NCBI GenBank assembly: GCA_965235115.1 | Contig: OZ249443.1 | Coordinates: 7,316,001 to 7,380,000, forward strand | Direction of reading: 5' to 3' | Length of the DNA stretch: 64,000 nt | DNA from: Laetmonice hystrix | Lineage: Eukaryota | Shown here: one piece after another, positions 12,101-22,086 of the stretch | How positions within the stretch are numbered: the first letter of the stretch is position 1 | Layout of the letters: every line of letters begins with the position of its first letter | The notes under the pieces: model-generated | Told to the model about the DNA's origin: nothing | Seen by the model: the letters and a program-made list of their open reading frames with translations, nothing else | The model's database searches: none | Translations under genes and position numbers: made by a program

Positions 12101-15100
12101 CATAGGCCTATCGAGCTCCATATGCCTATCGGGCCTAGCTTCTTTGTATTTTTAACTTGTTTCATCTGATAGAAAGATGACCATTGTTCGGGGGCAGGCT
12201 CAACACAAAAGCGCGTAGTTTTTGACATTCCACTATTGCAACCGCTTTCTTAGCGTATATAACCTAGAAGATGGCACAATAGCTACATTGGTTGACGTTT
12301 TCAGCAAAGAGTTGCGGTCCGCCAACTTCAGTAACGTTTACGATAATTGTGGGCAGCTCCTACGAGCTAGGTGACAGCGTGGTGTACGTGGCCGAGTTCT
12401 CCTATGAGATTCAGTCCGGAGACGCCGTGCATGTCTGTGAACCTTCCGGTTGGATCGGAAATCTACCGATCTTGAGACGTAAGGCTTATTGTCTTGTAAC
12501 ATAGGGTCTCAGGCGCCTATTCAGAAATTGGTTAGGGGGTGGGGGTGGGGGGCTATGTTTATGTACTTCAGAGATGGCCTTAGGCCCTGCCCCTTTGGAA
12601 AATTAGAAAAAAAAGACATCAACTAATGCAATCTCAGAACGTCTTGTTTGGAAATATGAAGATTTCCTTTGGTTAAAATAATGCACTTTTTACACTCCTG
12701 TTTTAAAAAATGTCCTTAATATACTATTTTTTTCAGGGGGGGGGGGGTCCGGGATACTTAGAAACCCCCTGGATACGCACTGGGTCTACTATAAATTAAA
12801 ATTAGGTATTAAAATCATGACTCTGTAGGATGACACGTGAGTGATACGTCCTCTGCTCGATACAGGGAATTAAAACATCTTACTTTTGACGTATAGTTTC
12901 TCAGTTCTTTAGTGTAACATACAATATTGTGATTTGTGACGTGTAAAGTGTGAAGTAGAAGCCGATAATAATTGTAGTTGTGACGTGTCCACCACCAACG
13001 GCTATGGCACACGGTTGGTATAACCCTCTGGGCAACCATCGCCGAGACTACGGCTCGGTTGTCACGTATAGCTGTGGCATCGGCTTCGACATAGTGGGCA
13101 CCGCTCTCCTGACGTGTGAGGCGAGCAAAGCTTGGTCTGGAGATCCTCCCGTCTGTGAACGTAAGTCGTCATCTAGGCATGTCTGTATGTATAAGCCTAT
13201 ATATATATAATACATGTACATGTATTATGCTTCAATGACGTTTAGATATTATCCGTTATAGCCTTTGTTGTGGAGCTGTACATGAAGGTTTGATTGTTTT
13301 CGTAATAATTTATGCGTTTGCCAGCAATAGAAGGAAACATCACATCTTTCTACACGCAAATAACACAAAAACACAACACACAAATACACAGTCCGATATG
13401 TCTCCGCCGCCGAGTTTTGTCTCCATCTCCTACGAATCCGCGTATTTTAAGCTTACCTGATCTTGAATCTATCCCACTGGACTGATAAAACATTCTGTCG
13501 TATCCATAACATTGTTGTGCTAGGTCTCTTGTTGATTATGAGCCATAATGAGGCGATACATCCCATATTTGTCGTCTCAATGGACTGAGAACCCAGAACA
13601 CTGCCGCTCTAACCATGCTAACGATCATGGCGGTCGTTACTATAACAACGGGATTGGGCGCATGCGTTGCCTCGCACTGCTCCGCCCGCCCTCCCCTCAT
13701 AATCCAAATAAGGCCATGACTTGATTCGCGTGCTCTCGTCTCTAGCCAAATAGGTAAACGCTTAATTAATTAATTAAAAATATTGTCGATATGGACGCGC
13801 CATGGTACCAGACTGCAAGAAACCCCGTAAAAATTGTTTTTACTCAAGTTTTGTTGAATTGACTGCGTTTATTTTAATTTTCGGACAGATTTCCTTTAAA
13901 AGTAAGACCTCCTTTTTCCGTCCTCCACAGCGAAGTACTGCGGCCCCCCTCAGGACATAACCAACACGATCTCACTGGGAACGAGTTACTATTTCAAGGA
14001 CAAGGTGGAGTACTCGTGCGTTGAGAATCACACGGGCCAGTTCTCCGTGTCGACGGTTATAAAAGAATGTACAGAGTCAGGCGGATGGGACGGCCCCAAT
14101 ATAAACTGTGTCCGTAAGTCTATAACAAACGCAGATATCAAAACGGCGGAGGTTTATCCTGGGGGAAATGTTTTCTTATGTGGAATATTATTATTTAAAT
14201 ATCTATCCAACAAATATATCGCAGAATACGATCGATGGTTTGACCTTGTCGTTGCTAACACTTGCAGCGATAACGTGTTACCAACCCAACCTTGACAGTA
14301 TGGCGTACCTGACTGAACCCATGAAAGACGTGTACTCATTGGGGGACAAGGTACAGTATGGATGCGCAGTAGATTACTACATTCCTCCCACCCAAGAGAA
14401 AGTCCGCTACTGTTCGTTCACGGGAACGTGGAGCCCTGCACAGCCGAGATGTGAACGTAGGTTAATTCGCGTTGTAAAGTTAAGTAGTTAAACTTAATCC
14501 CACAGATGTATGTTTTGCAGTTCATACATTCAGTTTTTTGACAAGAAAAGATTTTTGACGGACCCAACCCCCCCCCCCTTAAAATTGAACATAAATTTAT
14601 ATCCACCACCACCACAATCATCACCACCACCACAATCATCACAAGTCACCAGCTGTTTATTCTCCCACCCAGCCTTTCCTAACACGACGTTAACTGGCGT
14701 GACCAAGCCGACCCCTGTTCCCGCAGAGGCCGAGCACGCCGAGCAGGTCGGCATGGTTGGAATAGCACTCGTCACTACCCAGGTGATCGTCATCCTCCTC
14801 CTCGACTGCTTCACGTTCGCCCAGAACTGCCGTGCTTTCAAGCGCAACGTCTGCTTCTGCTGCAGAAGGTTGGCAATGGTGGCGCCATTGAAGAACAGAC
14901 GAGCCAGCGAGCAACGCACAGAGTGGGCCACGCGTAAAACAGGGTCTGGTTTGGAAGGGAAAGAGATGGAGGAGCTGGACGTAAGGGGACTGGACGACAC
15001 AGAGATGGCTCTGAAGAGAATCCAGTATACGGGCTACACGACCTATACGGCCGCTCTCCTGTTTCCTGAAGACAATAGGCCTAAAAGGAAAAAGATTCTG

Positions 15101-15112
15101 CTCGCTTCGTAG
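5929..15112 (+). CDS. Sushi/CCP-repeat single-pass membrane protein (12 CCP domains, TM, cytoplasmic tail); N-terminal leader exon not identified
   Basis: Exons, all AG/GT-bounded and phase 1-1: 5929-6108, 7404-7604, 8805-8981, 9403-9603, 9933-10136, 10418-10597, 11106-11303, 11785-11964, 12305-12478, 12978-13160, 13931-14113, 14268-14456, then terminal 14673-15112. Domains show the C..P..NG..Y.C..G....C...G.W....P.C pattern. Confidence 0.92.
6053..6624 (+). repeat. 64-bp tandem repeat made of the exon 3' end plus splice donor (9 donor copies)
   Basis: GTGAGT donors at 6109, 6173, 6219 (shortened unit), 6283, 6347, 6411, 6475, 6539, 6603. Confidence 0.95.
6923..7347. mobile_element. MITE, CAG-type TIRs, 5-bp TSD
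   Basis: cagtggcggatcc...ggatccgcccctg flanked by atcac (6918-6922, 7348-7352). Confidence 0.8.
7404..7604 (+). CDS. Sushi gene, CCP exon 2
   Basis: tacag/TC...TCAG/gtaggc; ITCPEP...YSCHTG...LCTSASTWDPIPSACS. Confidence 0.9.
7591..8772 (+). repeat. 41-bp minisatellite filling almost the entire intron, about 29 copies
   Basis: Consensus gtaggcagtctatggcacctaatacttcagtg(c/t)ttgctcag; begins in the exon end and stops about 30 bp before the next acceptor. Confidence 0.95.
8805..8981 (+). CDS. Sushi gene, CCP exon 3
   Basis: ctcag/AG...GATA/gtacgt; VQCGSLP...YTCENGY...TCSATGNWNGDYIVCD. Confidence 0.9.
9403..9603 (+). CDS. Sushi gene, CCP exon 4
   Basis: VDCGDPGTPLNA...YSCNDKY...QCTATGEWTKSPLQCL; AG/GT-bounded. 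Confidence 0.9.
9933..10136 (+). CDS. Sushi gene, CCP exon 5 (missing from the ORF track)
   Basis: tgcag/GC; translated by hand as KPCHDLPPVPNSQHPAGPWRSPESVSFTCDTGYEVVIRPGQAIVLQCQDLDPVDDYGTWDYESITCE; donor gtgggt. Confidence 0.88.
10418..10597 (+). CDS. Sushi gene, CCP exon 6
   Basis: VECSDSVDKING...YTCLEGY...TCQANGQFSGDPPNCE; donor gtgagt. Confidence 0.9.
11106..11303 (+). CDS. Sushi gene, CCP exon 7
   Basis: VGCPDPG...YTCHVGY...TCAPDGLWYPPPTLCI; donor gtaagc. Confidence 0.9.
11785..11964 (+). CDS. Sushi gene, CCP exon 8
   Basis: TYCGPP...LWCSPE...TCQANGQWSGDPPDCQ; donor gtaagt. Confidence 0.9.
12305..12478 (+). CDS. Sushi gene, CCP exon 9 (lacks Cys2 and Cys4)
   Basis: KSCGPP...VVYVAEFSY...HVCEPSGWIGNLPILR; ttcag acceptor, gtaagg donor. 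Confidence 0.85.
12510..12782. mobile_element. MITE, CAG-type TIRs, 5-bp TSD
   Basis: caggcgcctattcag...ctggatacgcactg flanked by ggtct (12505-12509, 12783-12787). Confidence 0.75.
12978..13160 (+). CDS. Sushi gene, CCP exon 10
   Basis: VTCPPP...YSCGIGF...TCEASKAWSGDPPVCE; donor gtaagt. Confidence 0.9.
13931..14113 (+). CDS. Sushi gene, CCP exon 11
   Basis: KYCGPP...YSCVEN...ECTESGGWDGPNINCV; donor gtaagt. Confidence 0.9.
14268..14456 (+). CDS. Sushi gene, CCP exon 12
   Basis: ITCYQP...YGCAVDY...YCSFTGTWSPAQPRCE; donor gtaggt. Confidence 0.9.
14673..15112 (+). CDS. Sushi gene, terminal exon (T/P-rich stalk, TM helix, Cys-rich juxtamembrane region, tail)
   Basis: cccag acceptor; VGMVGIALVTTQVIVILLLD TM segment; CFCC cluster; stop at 15110-15112. 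Confidence 0.88.
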
Positions 15113-15831
15113 ATCTGGCACTTCGGAGCACTTCTTGAAACACGTCTAGGCCAGTGAAGGGTTTTCTGATAGTATTTTGGGAATACACAACATGTAAAGT
15201 ACCAGGGTCTGTTGATATACAGGGGGTGTTATAGTGTCTTCGTAAATACAATATACATTTGTATTAATGACGGGTATTATGAGATGGGGAGAGGCAGAGT
15301 GAGAGGGGGAAGAGACAGAGAGGTTCACACAGAGTGTTTCACATATTTTATTTCTTCTAGAGTATCCGTCCCAGTTCCAGTACTGAGACGGACGTCATTA
15401 TTAGTCCGCGGTGTGAGACTATACGGAATTTATTTAGAGATATTAGATATTTGATATTTTTGCCATTAGGAACCACTTTTTTGCCTTTTGCCTGGGCCCA
15501 CCGAGTTGTGCTTTGGCCAATTATTAATAATGCTATGCTACCACCTCCATTGAAAGAGTATAGCCTTCATAGGACATTTTGTCAATGAATGTACTGTGCA
15601 CTTGACCATACAGCAATACAACTTTGTATACAATGATTTATGCGTTTGATTATATGCTTGAGAAGTGAATTCGCAATATTCTGTGCCATAGTTGGTCAGA
15701 GTTGAATGTTGGGGCCGCTCGCCCCCCCCCCCATTGAACCATGCGTTTCGTAGTGTGAGCAGGCTCTTCCAGAGAGCAACTGCGACAGCCGCGTCTCCTA
15801 GGCCTACACCCGCCTTGTGATATGTTGTCTG

Positions 15832-15950
15832 TCACGAATAGGTTGAAAATGTCTGCAAGCCGATGGACGGCTTGCGAACCTTTTTCATGTCTATGGCCGT
15901 CTCATCTGGTCCATTCAGGGTATGGTTGGGCCTCAGATCAGAGGTGGGTG
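15832..15950 (-). CDS. Aquaporin probable last coding exon
   Basis: cacag acceptor after a long pyrimidine tract, phase-compatible; PTSDLRPNHTLNGPDETAIDMKKVRKPSIGLQTFSTYS*. Confidence 0.7.
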
Positions 15951-18941
15951 CTGTGGTTCCAAAAGTTGGAAGATTAACACAAATAATAATGGCGACCACA
16001 TCCAGACCCTCATTAAAAATGGAAGAAAAAGAAAGACCCCATCCCCCAACTGAGCATCCTAGTGCATGTAACGCAATATGTTAGAAATATGTCAGGTTTC
16101 CCAGTTACTATGGAAATCAGGGAAAACCTTGGAAAGGAGGTTCCATTTTTGGGGGGAAAACATAAAAAATCAGGGAATTTTCTTAGTGCCCCAGATTGGA
16201 AATTTTTTAGGGACATGTCAGGCAAAACTCAGGGATTTCAGGGATTTTGATTCTCACAAAATGCTGGGAACCCTGTATATGCCAGTATTAGCACTACAAC
16301 ACTCAGAATATCGGCTTTCACTATAACCTTTATGGGAGTAAAACTGACACAGCAAGTACTCTTTCCTTGTCTGTGGTTGTGAGTATAGCGATATGATAGA
16401 ATATGTCGAGAACGTACCTTTGGAAGGGTGAACGATTTCCTCCCCATCCTCCCCAATCTCAAGCTCTCCTTCAACAACTCGTCCTATACGGTCCAGCACT
16501 TGGAGGTAGAACATACTGCCAATTAGACATCCAAGGATAGGGCCAAGCCAATATATCTGTAATAAAAAAAGTAATTTGTTTAAACCACACATCACACACA
16601 TACCCAGCCCTACACCTCCCGCCCCCCATACAAAACGAATCAATGAATCTAGGATTTGTCACCTATTTTATTGATAGAAAAGAAGAAGATAGGCATTTCG
16701 TGAACGAAATAGTATTTCAGTACGACAAAAAGCGCGAGCCTTGTTTGCATATAAGACGAACTGGGTATATCCTGGGAATGCCTCTGAAGGCAGTTTTAAC
16801 TGTCGCATACGTGTTTGAGATCAGCCACTTTATACCAAAACATCAGTGCATCAAGTTGTTGCCCACCACCACCCCCGTCGCCCCCGGTTCTTTCTTTGGT
16901 CTCAAGGGGCCGTTGAACCCAACTTCTACAGGGGTCTGACGTTACTCTTCCAGTAGCCACGGAAGTAACAACGGGGTGAAGGTTATTATAATCATTAAAG
17001 ACATTTATTCATGATTGTAGAGGACTTCTTAATTAAGTTGTTGTGAAGTTGTCCATGGGCGAAGCATCTGGAGAACAACCTATAGCCCAAACTTCAATAT
17101 GTAAACTGGGTTAAAATCATTGTGGAAAACAGCAGAAAGAAAATTTCTACAAAATGGGCAAGCGCGTTTATCTGACTGAAGGATTATCTCGTCAGAACTG
17201 TCATGGATTGCGAAATTTGAAGAACATTTTGAGTGTTGGAATGGGCCGTGGATATGAATGCCAAACTCACCCAGTGGTGTTCCCACTCGTTCATGACGAT
17301 TGCCGGCCCCAACGATCGGGCTGGGTTCATACTGGAGCCGGAGAATTCCTGGCGAGAAAATACTAAACTTACTCACGTCACCTCAGGGCTGTTTTAGTGG
17401 TGGTGGTGGCGGAGGAGGGGGGCTCTAAATACAAAATGTGATCTTTTCACCGGGGCCACGGAAGGCCCTAAATAATTCCAATTGAATTCAACCGTAGGCT
17501 GGGTAATATTGTAAACTAAATATAACTAAAATTTCAGTAAGTAACTCTTAGTTAGGTTGGCCTATTTGTACTACATGTGTATGTTGGCTTCAGTTGATTT
17601 GTCGCTAAATCTTCCTATGGCTATAGTGGGACCCCCCCCCCCCCCATATTAGATCACAAATTTGATCGATCCTGTACAGGGTGTCTCAAAAAGAATGTCG
17701 AAGTAACATTCCTCACATAATGTAAGAATCCCTCAGGAATTTTTTTAACAATCTTTTCTATGGCGGTTTTCTTATGACTTATGCCATTCAGAAGTTATTG
17801 TCACAGTGTGCAGTTATTTTTCAGTCGGCCTGAAGTGTTATGAATGGCTGATTTTCCACTTACTTCTGGGGCCAAGCATCAAATTTATTCTAACTTCTTG
17901 CTGCATTGATGGATTATTTTTAAGGGCCAGGCTGAACCTAACTATCTCCAGTCTGTCTATGCGGGACAGTCGATTTTTATTTGACACAATAAAACCTTAC
18001 ATCTACTGAAGATCCTACGAAGACGGCAAAGCCTATGATGACAGAGCTCATGAAAACAGGTCGGCGGATGGCATTCGTCGACCCAAATATGCAGAGGCTG
18101 AGAAGTGTGGTCGCCCAAATCTCAGCAAGTAGTCCCTGGCCGGCACTCAGGTCCGGGTGCACCTTAGTGGCCGCCAGAGTTTCGCGCAAACGCGGTGGAG
18201 TTATGCTGTGATATTTTGGACATAGTATAAGTAGGACGAGTCAGTATGGCAATATCTTAATCCAATTGAATAATCCAGCTGATTTAGGCGAAATATACAC
18301 CGTCACTTAATTTACATACATGTATAATAAGCGGTCGCTTATCTAACTGGCGAATAATAAGAAGATATAATTTTAAAATAAGAATTGAGAAAGGGGTACC
18401 TACTAGTAAGTGAAAAAGGCACCGGCAATAGCCCCGAGGCATTGTGAAGGTATGTACATTGTGGCTGTAAATTAAATACCTAAGTCTGATAAATGATTAC
18501 AAAACAACGTGGACGAAAAGCTCTTGTGGCAGGGCCAAAGATCCTTTTATACCTTCGATTAAAAAAAAACAAAAGAAAAACATAAAAACATAATTTGAAA
18601 GAACCTCTTATGAATGTCATGCGGCCGGCGACGACCATGGCTATGGAGACTGCCGGGTTCATATGAGCTCCCCCGAACGGCCCGAAAGTCTCTATGAGAA
18701 CGGTTACCACACAACCCATGGCCAGGTTACCGGCCATCCTCCCCCCGTACACACGGGGGTTGCCCCAGGTCAGGGGAACGCAACACTGCACTGAGATGAG
18801 GAAAAAGGTCGCCACGGCTTCTGCGGCGACGTCACGCCAAAACTTCAACGACTTGAGCTCGTGTCTGACGACGTGGAAATAGTTAATGCGGGTGAGGTCA
18901 GTTTTGGATGGACTGCGGTCTTCAGTGGTAAAACGGGCTTC
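15832..18941 (-). CDS. Aquaporin (MIP family); ATG-bearing first exon not identified
   Basis: Exons in transcript order: 18941-18605, 18464-18404, 18205-18001, 17348-17271, 16556-16418, 15950-15832, with phases 0/1/2/0/0/1 all compatible. Motifs ELKSLKFWRDVAAE, GAHMNPAVS, YIPSQCLGAIAG, GSSMNPARSLGPA, HWIYWLGP. Confidence 0.93.
16093..16275. mobile_element. Short hAT-like MITE in an aquaporin intron
   Basis: TIR caggtttcccag/ctgggaaccctg; internal repeats of aaa(t/c)tcaggga. Confidence 0.6.
16418..16556 (-). CDS. Aquaporin exon (TM6)
   Basis: IYWLGPILGCLIGSMFYLQVLD...HPSK; donor gtacgt. Confidence 0.85.
17271..17348 (-). CDS. Aquaporin exon with second NPA
   Basis: EFSGSSMNPARSLGPAIVMNEWEHHW; donor gtgagt. 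Confidence 0.92.
17675..17830. mobile_element. Tc1/mariner-type TIR fragment
   Basis: TA followed by cagggtgtctcaaaa, a typical Tc1/mariner terminus; related sequence near 730 (cacggtgtctcaaaa). Confidence 0.45.
18001..18205 (-). CDS. Aquaporin exon (loop C, TM4, TM5)
   Basis: ITPPRLRETL...QGLLAEIWAT...IIGFAVFVGSSVD; donor gtaagg. Confidence 0.9.
18404..18464 (-). CDS. Aquaporin 61-bp exon (TM3), not in the ORF track
   Basis: ttacag acceptor; ATMYIPSQCLGAIAGAFFTY; donor gtaggt. Confidence 0.88.
18605..18941 (-). CDS. Aquaporin exon with TM1, TM2 and first NPA
   Basis: Acceptor tttcccgatttctag; EARF...ELKSLKFWRDVAAE...HMNPAVS...MTFIR. Confidence 0.88.
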
Positions 18942-19413
18942 CTAGAAATCGGGAAAATAGTCAGTCCTTTAGACTTAAAAGCTTTATAAACAATGATGGT
19001 TTCACGTAAACATTTCAACAGAGATGATAGATGGAGCTGATTGCAGACGTATTTATGCATATTCCCTTGCGAACGAATAATTCCTGGTGCGATTAGTGAT
19101 GTAGGCTCTTTACGTATTACGCCGCATCTTGTTTTTTCCCAACGGTACTGAAATGGAAGTAGCCTACTCCTACATGTAGTTGAAAACATCCTTTTTTTCT
19201 GCAGATGACATGAAAATTGATAATTCTATAAAGGCTCTGGTAGGGGTTGGCCCAGTATTAATCTGTAGCTGTATTCTGCAGCAGGGTATTGGCATACGTA
19301 TGTAAACTATACATTTTGGGGTTTATTGACCTAGGCTACTATATTTCTGCAACGAGGCTTTTGATCTTTTAATCTACAAATTACAATGTACCAAGGAGCC
19401 GATACAAATTTTT

Positions 19414-19626
19414 CTTCTTCTTGAAGAAGGATTTAAACTGCCCTGGTCTCCCCTTCTTCAAGAATGTTGTGAGAAGCCCTTCAGGGTTGAAACCAGCGTA
19501 TGGTACTCCTCGCGCCCTCTGAAAAACAGGCGCCTAGCTAGCCCAACTCTCTAGCTATCCCAACATTCCACATGATTCGTGATACTTGTTGAAGGGGGCC
19601 AAGGCAGTTTCTCCTCCAAGAAGAAG
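19414..19626. mobile_element. Palindromic MITE-like element
   Basis: About 45-bp imperfect inverted arms (cttcttcttg...aaactgccctgg...ccccttc). Confidence 0.55.
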
Positions 19627-19857
19627 TGTGTGAAGGAGTCGAATCCCGTTAAAGTGTGATGAATTATTTATGATTTAAAGGAGGCAAGAACCGAAAATAG
19701 CTATTTCGATGCAACTATCTTTGAGAGTTGGCGAAATATATCTAAAATACAATTAGCAAGCTTTAGAAATATTGTAATTGTGTTTTCTTTAATTATGTTG
19801 TTGACACTTTCTTAGTCTCTGTGTTATCTGGCGGGAAATTTTAGTTCTCGATTACTG

Positions 19858-20159
19858 CCGCTAGGGGGCCAAATGACGTCATTCCCATCCTTCCTCATCC
19901 GCAGACAACATGGCGTGGCGAGTGATGTTTCACAAAGTGATGTACAAAGTCGTCGGGGCAGAAAAATAATCCGAAGAGATCGGATGATTCGGTCTCACAC
20001 TCACCACGCCCTCCTTAATCTCTCCTCTGTCGGGAATAGGTGGAACGACCCAATGAACGGATTTTCGCGTTTCGTACTGCATGTTCTTGCAGCCAACAAC
20101 AACAGAGTACACCATGGTGGATATGCTTGCAAGCTGGCGAAAGGACGGGAATGACGTCA
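19858..20159. promoter_or_regulatory. CTCF-like motif followed by an inverted pair of CRE-containing 19-mers
   Basis: ccgctagggggc at 19858-19869; tgacgtcattcccatcctt at about 19874 and its near-perfect reverse complement ending at about 20159. Confidence 0.3.
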
Positions 20160-21141
20160 CACAGCATGTGTCGCAGAAAATGAGGGCGTCCCCTTAAAGC
20201 TATTGTGGCTGCAGTTCCTGCGGTATTTTTTAGAAGTTCATATCTCTGGTGTTTGTGGGCATAAAATTACCAAAATTTCACAGATGAAACAGTAAATTAT
20301 ATTGAACAAGGAAGTTTTAGTTAGCTTTATAATCATTACTTGTCTCCTTTACCTAACATTCAACGATTTATAAAAACTTCCAGATCCTCCGATGACCTAA
20401 TTTATAATACTTTCCTGTGTTTCCATGGGGCCCCACAGTTAACGTCGCAGGGCCCCAAAGCATGTATAAAAAAGGTCTCCGCGCTTGGCGTTAGCCTGGT
20501 CCTCTGCCTACCAGACGCATCCGCTATGTCAATATAGGCCTGCATGTATAGACCTGAGGACCAGGCTAGCTTGGCGCTGGAGATCGCGTAATTTATAATA
20601 CATGTACATGTTCCTGTGTTTCCATTCGGCCATGTAGGCCCTATATTTTGAGCACTCTTCGGGCAGAGATCGTTCCCTTCATTCAATTTCTGCCATGCAC
20701 ACATTGGGTACTGCCGCTAGAGTGACCCCTGACCTGACCTAGAAATCCCCGACCGGAACAGCCGAACATTGCCGAGCTCGAATCGTGGCTTTGCTGAGGC
20801 ACTCTGGTTTTTTTGACCTTTAAGACGCACACAAACATCTAAATCTTCGGAGAAATCATCTGCAGCCGCTATGTTGGAACGGAAGTAGGCCTATACCTAG
20901 AATGGGGGGGGGGGGCTAGTATTTCGAATCATCCCGAAATTGGCCAACCGACTTGCAACTAGCTGATTTCCCTCCGCTAATGTAGTTCCTAATATTTCAT
21001 CAGGTATTTCTCTTGTACGGTGAATGTCACTTGGTATAATCCCGTCGACCGTCGACCTTGTAAAAACGGGGTTAAACGCGTAAGGGCCCGATTTTGCCCG
21101 TAAAAAGCCATGTGTGGCAGAGAGGTAGTGGAGCGAGCCCC

Positions 21142-21554
21142 TGTTCCGGCTAGATATGTCCGAACGGCTAGTTATGTCCGAGAGGATATATGTCCGAAAA
21201 TATCAGCTAGATATGTCCGGTAACCCGGATATGTCTGCAAATATCAGCTACATTATGTCCGGTAATCCGGATCTGTCCGCAAATATCAACTATAGAGTAC
21301 TAGTACCCGGACTAGTAGGTAGTTCCCCAGCTGGATGTGTCCGGTAATCTGGATATGTCCGCAAATGTCAGCTAGATATGTCCGGTAGTCTGGATATGTC
21401 CGCAAATGTCAGCTAGATGTGTCCGGTACCGGACACATCTAGCTGATATTTGCGGACATATCCATTTCTTCGGACATAGGCCTATCTAGCTGATGTTTGC
21501 GGACATATCTCCTATCGGACATAACTAGCCGTTCGGACGTATCTAGCCGGAACA
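21142..21554. mobile_element. Foldback (palindromic) MITE with internal atatgtccg subrepeats
   Basis: About 40-bp near-perfect TIRs (tgttccggctagatatgtccgaacggctagttatgtccga); 36-bp perfect palindrome cagctagatgtgtccggtaccggacacatctagctg; gcccc on both flanks. Confidence 0.8.
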
Positions 21555-22021
21555 GCCCCTCTACATTATGGGAGATTGTATTTTGAGAACTCAAAAAGAC
21601 AGTCGGAACGTCCGAGGTCATTTTCGGTATATGAAATACCCTCGGATATATATTCTAAGTCTAAGCCCAAAGGTACAGGCGTAGGATACAACGCCTGTGA
21701 CGAGTTGTCCAGTTGACGCGTTGTCCAGAAACAAAACAAGTGGTGTTAAGCGTCCACCATTTTAACTAAATCGCCGGTCACATGACGCCATCGAATCATG
21801 CGACTGGAATACATTCGAGGTGTTTTGCGTACGGAAAGCCCAAGATGTTGCGATTGTTAAAACACTTGCTAACAAGGATTCTCTAAGGTTAAACATTTAT
21901 TGGATGAGGATTTAAATAATTACCCCGAGCTCTAAGCCTTGTTCATGGAGCTTCGTTAGATTCCTAAGAATTTCTGGAGTCAGAATGAATGTGGCAGCAC
22001 TAGGCCCTTTCTCAACGCCCT

Positions 22022-22086
22022 CTTCCTCCTCCTGGTCCTCATCTTCCAGTTCCTCCTCCCCCTCCTCCCCCTCCTCCTCCTCCTCC
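22022..22086. repeat. (CCT)n-like low-complexity tract
   Basis: Imperfect CCT/CTC trinucleotide run. Confidence 0.8.
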
